DNA of 64,000 nucleotides from Microbotryum violaceum (Eukaryota): NCBI GenBank assembly GCA_001244265.2, contig CDLV01000007.1, positions 1 to 64,000 of the forward strand, read 5' to 3'. Shown piece by piece: positions 56,840 to 64,000 of this stretch (position 1 is its first letter; each line of letters starts with the position of its first letter). The notes under the pieces were generated by a model. It saw only the letters and a program-made list of their open reading frames with translations, ran no database searches and was not told where the DNA came from. The position numbers and the translations under genes were made by a program.

Positions 56840-59191
56840 CTACAACTTTGCACCATCCTTGTCTTCGTGCGCCCGAAGTGTAGCCCGCACCGATGGACTG
56901 AAGCAAGCTTCCCCCCAATCGACGATGAACAGTCGACCGTCCGCGTGTCGGAGAACGTTGCTGGGGCGCTTATCCCTATGGTGGGGTCCTTCTTGTTCGA
57001 AAAGTCGAAAGGCAGCTCTGAGGAAGCAGATCAGTAAATTCAGCCATCGATCGCACGATCAGGAAAACAGAGTGAACACAAGGAAGGGAATACACCCACT
57101 GAGCCGCGACGTCGACCTCTAAAGGCTGTGAAGCATAATCCTTCTGATGACCTGGTTCACCGACATCTTCCACCACGAGCACGAAACCTCCACCGTCCCA
57201 GCCACTCCGATAGAGGCCGAAGAACTTGGGGATGTATGCTTGAGCTTCGGGGGATAGCTGGGGCACAGCCTGAGTGTAGATGAAGTACTCGCGAGCGACC
57301 GACGATGCGAACGTAGCGGGGACTAATTTGGCGACGACAGGAACGTGTTCGCTCCGGTTGGCGAGGCGCGACGACCTGCGGACAACTCCAGGTCTCGATC
57401 GACGCGTCCACTTGGCTTTCCAAACCATGCTAGTAAGACCATGTCCAAGCGGCGTAATGAGATCGAGACGGTCGAGTTTCACAGCATCCGCGAGCGGCAT
57501 GTCAAACCAAGGTAAAACCGGTGGTGTCTCTTGAGGTTCACGAAGGTTGGCCTCACTGAGGTCTGACCCAAAGAACTGGCACCGACAAAAAAAAGGAAGC
57601 AGCAACAAGTCAGGACACTTTGCTACGTCAGGTAAGAGTGGAAGTCGTACTCACGTTGTCGCACTCGAGTTCGACACCCATCGCGACCATGCACGAGTCC
57701 ATGTTCGTCTCGACATCACATACAATCTGCCGAAGAGGCCAAACAATAAGTGCACAGCGCGAGAAAGCGGATGGTGGAAATACAGCACCCACTTGGCTAC
57801 CGGGACGGTGTCGCAAACCGATCACGGTCTTGGCATTATGAACGAGAGGGACCACCGCATCGTCCACATTGGACATCGGTCGAAGGGGGGCCAGGGCAGT
57901 GGAAAAGACAAGTTGTTCCGCAGCGCCATGCCATGCCCGCAAATCGTCGTCCGAGGGAGCATCGATCCCATACTCAGGACGGCAGCTCATGAAGAGCGAG
58001 ATGAGGATGAGGAATATTGGACGACTTCTGTGTGCATCCGGGCTCGAAGGGATCGCGGTCATCGAACACACATCGCTGACAACGAGATGGGTCCTTCCCT
58101 CGAACTCGACTGACCCGGAAGGCACGTGCAAAAACCGTCAGGTCAGGCATCGAATCGTAGCGATCCCACTAAAAGCAACCCCGGAGACTCACCAAGCTCG
58201 GTCACGGCAAAAAACGGAACTGCCCAGAGCAAGCCAAATCGCCCATTCACCGTGCTTCGGATATGAAGCGCCATCTGCCTAAACGAGTCGTCTAACGAGG
58301 TCAGTTTCGAGTTCCGAGTGCCTTGCCAAATGGGAGCCAAGCCATGAAGTTGCTCACCTTCACCGCCGCTGCCGAGCCACCATCCAGATTCAAGATCCGA
58401 CCCATGCCACCTTTGACAAGTCGAATGTCGAACATGCTGGACGAAGTCGTGGGCGCACCCAAAGAGCTCTGATCAAAGAACGAATCAAGCGTCTCCTTCG
58501 ATGTCACTTGGACTGCGAGTGTCGTCAACGGCTCAAGCTGCGTGTTACTCTGATGCAAATACTCGTCCCTCATGATGTAGACGCGATCGCCTGTCTGCCC
58601 GAGCGTCGTACGCGGCTTGCGCGACTCGACCCAAGGGGCCTTGCCACAGGGCATTTCCACGATGTGGCGGATGACGGGCCCGCGGTACTGCTGAAGAGTG
58701 ATACAAGGTATGGGTTCCTCCTCCAGTGGGCAAAGATCGAGCTTTGCGATATAGGTTTGCAACCAATCCCGCGTATATTCGGGGAGCGGGGTGCTGAGTG
58801 GGGTCGATGTTCGTTCGAGACCTCGGTACAGTCCACGCGTAAGTCGATCGAGCAAGGTCGGATCTCGAACTGCAATCCCGAGATGCGGCAGGTCTTCTCC
58901 AGGCATACGACAAAAGGTCATCGCGCTCGTCGTGGGCTCCTCCCCTGGGTCGTCGCGGCGCTGTTGGATGGTGTAGTAGGGCAGCACGAGCTCAAGAAGG
59001 TCTTGGAGCGTGACCGGAGTGCTCGTCGTTGTTTGCGTCGCGACCGGTTGTGCAAAAGACGGCATCTTGACGGTCCAATCCTTCACGGGCGTGCGGAGGA
59101 CGTTCGAGAGTCGAGACGAGCCCGAAGCGACGATCGATCCGCGCTCTCTGACGAGCGGAGATGCCAACTCGTTTTGAGTGACCTGAGGCAA
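56840..59191 (-). CDS. Kinase A, copy 2
   Basis: Duplicate of 9998-12348, with the kinase exon in one frame. Confidence 0.8.
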
Positions 59192-60148
59192 GACAGTTGG
59201 ACAGAGCGCGGCCGAATCGCAGGCAGAAGGCGAGAGCAGTGCGAGAAGCGCGAGGAGGTTGCAGTCGGCTGACGTGCTGAGCTGCTGAGAGCGGCAGTCA
59301 GCGCGTCAGCGGCCGGCGACTAGGGCTTATCTGCTTATTCTCGGCTACCAGTGGATCAGGCTGCGATCGAGGCGTCAACCATCATAATTGTCTGCAATTT
59401 TTTTTTTCACTAGTCAGTCAGCTCGACATTGGAGACCACCTAGGTAAGTTGAATGGTACTTTAATGTAAGCACTCCAACCCCAAACGCCAAATAGTACCC
59501 AAATGCCAGTGACGGTCCGACAGCTTTGCCCCACACTGCGTTCGCTGCTCGACTCGGAATGCAGCTGACTCACACAAAGCTGCAGTGAGACTTGCAGCCT
59601 CTACAATCGCAGTGAGTTCATGGAACACTATATCCTCGCCCGTCCGATCCAGTTCATCGGTCTTGCAACTCGTTGTATAGCGGCGTGCTCTACCGTGCCT
59701 ACTAGTCCTAGTAGTGCTCGTGCGACCTGAAAATCCCTTCTACCGCGGACCCCCCCACATGTCACATGCCCGCCCCCACATTGGCACCGATCAGCTTCAC
59801 AGCCTTGAGCTCGGCCGCTCGAACTCGGAGCTCGCATGTACTTAGGTGACCGAGGTGACTTTTGTCGACCCGCAACTGGATTTTGAACTCTTGCCTTCCA
59901 TGCTGAGCAGATTGATCAATTTTAAAGGAGTGAAGGTGGTACGATTAAGGAATGCGGCGGCCACCTTTTCTTTCGCTGTAATCAAAACCATCGGGCCAAC
60001 GGCTTATTCGCCGGAAATCGCGCTGAAGATGGCTCAGATAGAGCTACATTCCAGAAATGAATATATTGAAGCGTCGTTCGTACTTACAATTTATCGGAAC
60101 GCCTCATCGTGTATTTGAGCAGCACAGCACTGTCCTTTCCAGCCACCC

Positions 60149-61325
60149 TCAACTGAAGGCGGCATCGGCTTGGACAATAGCCGGCCGCGGCGGATTGAAG
60201 CGCGCTTCGCCCCAATCGACGATGAAGAGTCGACCATCGGCGCGCTGTAGGACATTGTCCGCTCGCTCATCCCAATGAAACAACCCTTCCTTTTCGAGCA
60301 ACTCAAACGCCGCCCTAGATGTGTATTGGAGCGACCATCAATCTTGACAGGCTGCAGAAGTACGGTGTCACACACAAGTGTAGGATGGGACTCACTTGGC
60401 CTCTCTCCCGACCGATGAAGAAGAGGAGATCAATTCCTGGTCCGTAATCCGCTCTCCACCGTCTTCCATCACGAGCACGAACCCCCCTCCATCCCACCCG
60501 CTCCTGAAGAGGCCTTGAAACTTGGGAAAGTACGCTTGTGCAGCAGGGGAAAGCCGATGTACGATTTGCGTGTAGATGAAATACTCGCGAGCGACCGACG
60601 TTGCGAACTCGGCTGGAACGACTTTGGCGACGATCGAGACGGGATCGTCGTCTTTAGCGACCCATGACGAGACGACTTCGTCCTTTGGCCGCGATCGTCG
60701 AGACCACTTTGCCTTCCATACCCTGGCTGACCGACCGTGCCCAAGCGGAGTGATAAGATCGAGACGATCGAGCTTTGCCGCATCCGCGAGTGACATGTCG
60801 AACCAGGGTAGGACATCCGGGACCTTGTCGGCGGCCTCACACAAACCGGATCCGAAGAACTGACCCCGACCCAACATCGAAAAAGTCAGAAGACAAGAAC
60901 ACAACAGAAAAGACGAGAAGGCAGAGAAGAAGAAGCGGCGCACTCACGCTGTCGCACTCGAGTACCACGCCCATCGCGACCATGCGGGAATCCGTGTTGG
61001 TTTCGGCATCACAAATAATCTGTCCCATTCTTCAGAGGTCCGAATGGGGACGCGCCTCGAGAAAGCGTCTGATGTAACCTCAACACCCACTTGACTACTG
61101 TGGTACTCCGGATCGTGCCCAACAACGACAAACTCGACTACCGTGTCCGGCGTACGACCCAATTGACTGCCGAGCTCCGCCGCGCTGAACGGGTGTTCGG
61201 TGGTTCGGCGTGCACCCTCCACGGCTCCACCTGCGACCAGTGTGACCTTCTCGATCAAGCTTTGGATGGCCAGATCTCCTTGTGCACGACCGACGACTCA
61301 CCGACGACAACTGTGACTCGATTGA
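60149..61325 (-). pseudogene. Kinase B, copy 2
   Basis: Duplicate of 13305-14480. Confidence 0.8.
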
Positions 61326-61707
61326 CCCGGCGCCGGATTAGGCAATCCTACCCGCGCGCGCGACGACCTCCGATCCTGTCCCTGAGCGCTAGTCGACTCC
61401 TGGCTCTAGCTACCCTAGTACATTCGCGAACGGAATTAGGTTAATCGCGCGAATAGCAGGGCACTTTGGTTCCGAACATCGCAACTCTGGTCCCACATCG
61501 GAGGCGACTCTGGTTCCACATCGGAGGCGACTTTGGGATCACATCGGAGCGGACTTTGGGATGACATCGATGCGGACTTTGGGATCACATCCGAGGTCAT
61601 TGTTGTACCACGTTCATGGGGACTTTGGTACCACATAGTATAGACGCCTGTATCTCTTGCAATGTGTGATGTATCACTCTGGGAACAGTAGTTTGATGCA
61701 TGTATAG

Positions 61708-62161
<454 letters not shown>

Positions 62162-64000
62162 TCATCACCTGATTGTGTCCTATTCTCTGAAGTGCGACTT
62201 GACTTCTGATAAATCGCACTTTTCACAATGCATGCATGACCAGAAATTTCTCGCATGACCCTCAGCTGCGCACCCAACACAGCATCGGACAGTGCAGTAG
62301 AAGGCTGTGGGCAAATTGATGGGCAGTGCAATACAGAGGGCAACTGGTAAATCTCAGGTTCTATCTGCCATGTGGAGACCCGAGTATTCAAGACGATTTC
62401 GATCGCAATGTTGACCATCGGTGGATTTTCCCCGCGCCGGCGGGTACCCTGACTCAAAAACCGAGCCACTTTCAGTGCCACTACAGTACGATCTGGTGAT
62501 GACCCCCATTCTTACAAAGAAGATTTCAAGCAAACAGAACCAAGGAGACCGATTGAGATACCACCAGAAGTGTCATCTGCAAAGGCTTCCTTGGTCGACA
62601 GTGGAAACAGTCGGAGGCCAGCAATAGCTCGCAGGCCACTCGTGCACTCTGATGCGAGGAGGAATAGCAGAGTACTACGAAGAACAACATCGTGATCCTG
62701 ACTCAATGATGTTCGTCCAGGTGTATACACCCCACTTTTCTGTCCATGGCTAACTCTGAGCTTCTGTCTTTACGATGTAACAGTAGTACATGTACCGGTG
62801 AGAGCACGCAACAGATCGGGTCACACGGCAGAGAGCACATGAAAGGCGCAGGTGTGATTGGCATCAAAGTCACCTGTTTTTCAGCACCGGGGCAGATATT
62901 ATTGGTGTATTGTCAAAATCATTCCTCAACATCAAACTAGAATGAGTTAAATCATACACAAACATCTTGCCAGGGGTATTGAGTACGTCGTCATGTATCT
63001 GAAATGTCGAGAGTCCAATGTCGACGCAAACGTACAACTGTCTTAGTGGCTGCTGCGTGGCTTAAAGTGGCCAAGACAACACCATTGACAAGCACCGAAA
63101 AACAGATCGAGTATGGGACCAGTTTAGCCTTAGATCGAGTACACATTAGAGTGTGGGGGTAAATGGAGTCTGATAATTAGCAATGTGATCTCTGCTGAGA
63201 TCTCAGGAAGTATCAACAAAGACCAGGCACGGACTTCGGGCATCTGACTGGCCTGACTGCGCACGCTATAAACACCAAACGCACTGGCAGAAATTTGAAA
63301 GCGCACTCACTAAGCGCAACCAAAAAGAATGCCCGCTTATCTTATCGCCAGCAGCAGAGGACATTCCTCCTGGATCTCTAGCTGACCTGTCAGACCTCCC
63401 GCTGCCGGCACTACTGCTGGGCAGTAACTTTTTCAAGCGGGCTAGAGCGCATTTAAGCGGTAGCCAAGCCCTGCCAGCGTTGGTTGCCTCTCGGTCGTAT
63501 GGTTGCTACTTTGCATTCCCTGCACTTCCGGGGGAGGGCAATATTGTATGACATGAAGAGACACTATTCAATGAAAAGGCAAAAGCACGCGAGCGCTCGC
63601 ATCATCTGTTTGGATTGAGGCTTTTGGAACAAGAGCCTTCGATTCTAGCCATTAAAAATTTCACCAAGTTTCGTCATCACTGCCATCATCTTCCGCATTA
63701 AAGTCCCACTCCTCAAGCCCAAATGCACCGTTGTCTGTGGCTTCGATAGAGTAATGACTCAAATCGTCGCTCGAATGATCACTCATGTCAAGTCAACTCC
63801 TTCGTTCGTGTTCAAGTTGTCGTCCGTCTCATCAATTGTGTCACCAGGGCTGCGGGCAAACGAAGTCAAATCCGGCAGGCCATCCGCTGTCGTTTGCTGA
63901 AAAAGTTCAGGTTCGTCGGTACACCAAAGCCGAAGGGCCACGCACCCTTCCATCGGTTGTTTGCCCGTGTCTTGGGTGCACTGCCACAGGTAGTAATCAA

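Overview
This is fungal DNA, probably basidiomycete and Pucciniomycotina-like (inferred from GC-rich exons and short GTRAGT..YAG introns). It is a transposon-rich accessory region with no recognisable housekeeping genes. Bases 1-17156 recur almost identically at 46799-64000, so the window holds about 1.37 copies of a ~46.8 kb unit. That unit could be a tandem duplication, a circle or an assembly overlap; the first copy carries many 1-bp indels typical of a low-coverage contig end. The unit contains: (i) an intron-containing Helitron Rep/PIF1-helicase gene with a textbook hairpin+CTAG 3' terminus, plus fragments of two other Helitron RepHel genes; (ii) a full-length Ty1/Copia element with unequal LTRs and no target-site duplication; (iii) five kinase-family genes or fragments, namely a tail-to-tail FunK1-like kinase/pseudokinase pair, a truncated third FunK1-like gene, and two tandem paralogs with a minimal C-terminal kinase, most with an N-terminal region resembling a PD-(D/E)xK nuclease fold; (iv) LINE, putative Ngaro/DIRS and LTR remnants, several tandem or palindromic repeat arrays, and pseudogenes. 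The most interesting hypothesis is a Helitron-associated, amplified cassette of nuclease-kinase (Crinkler/CR-effector-like) genes.
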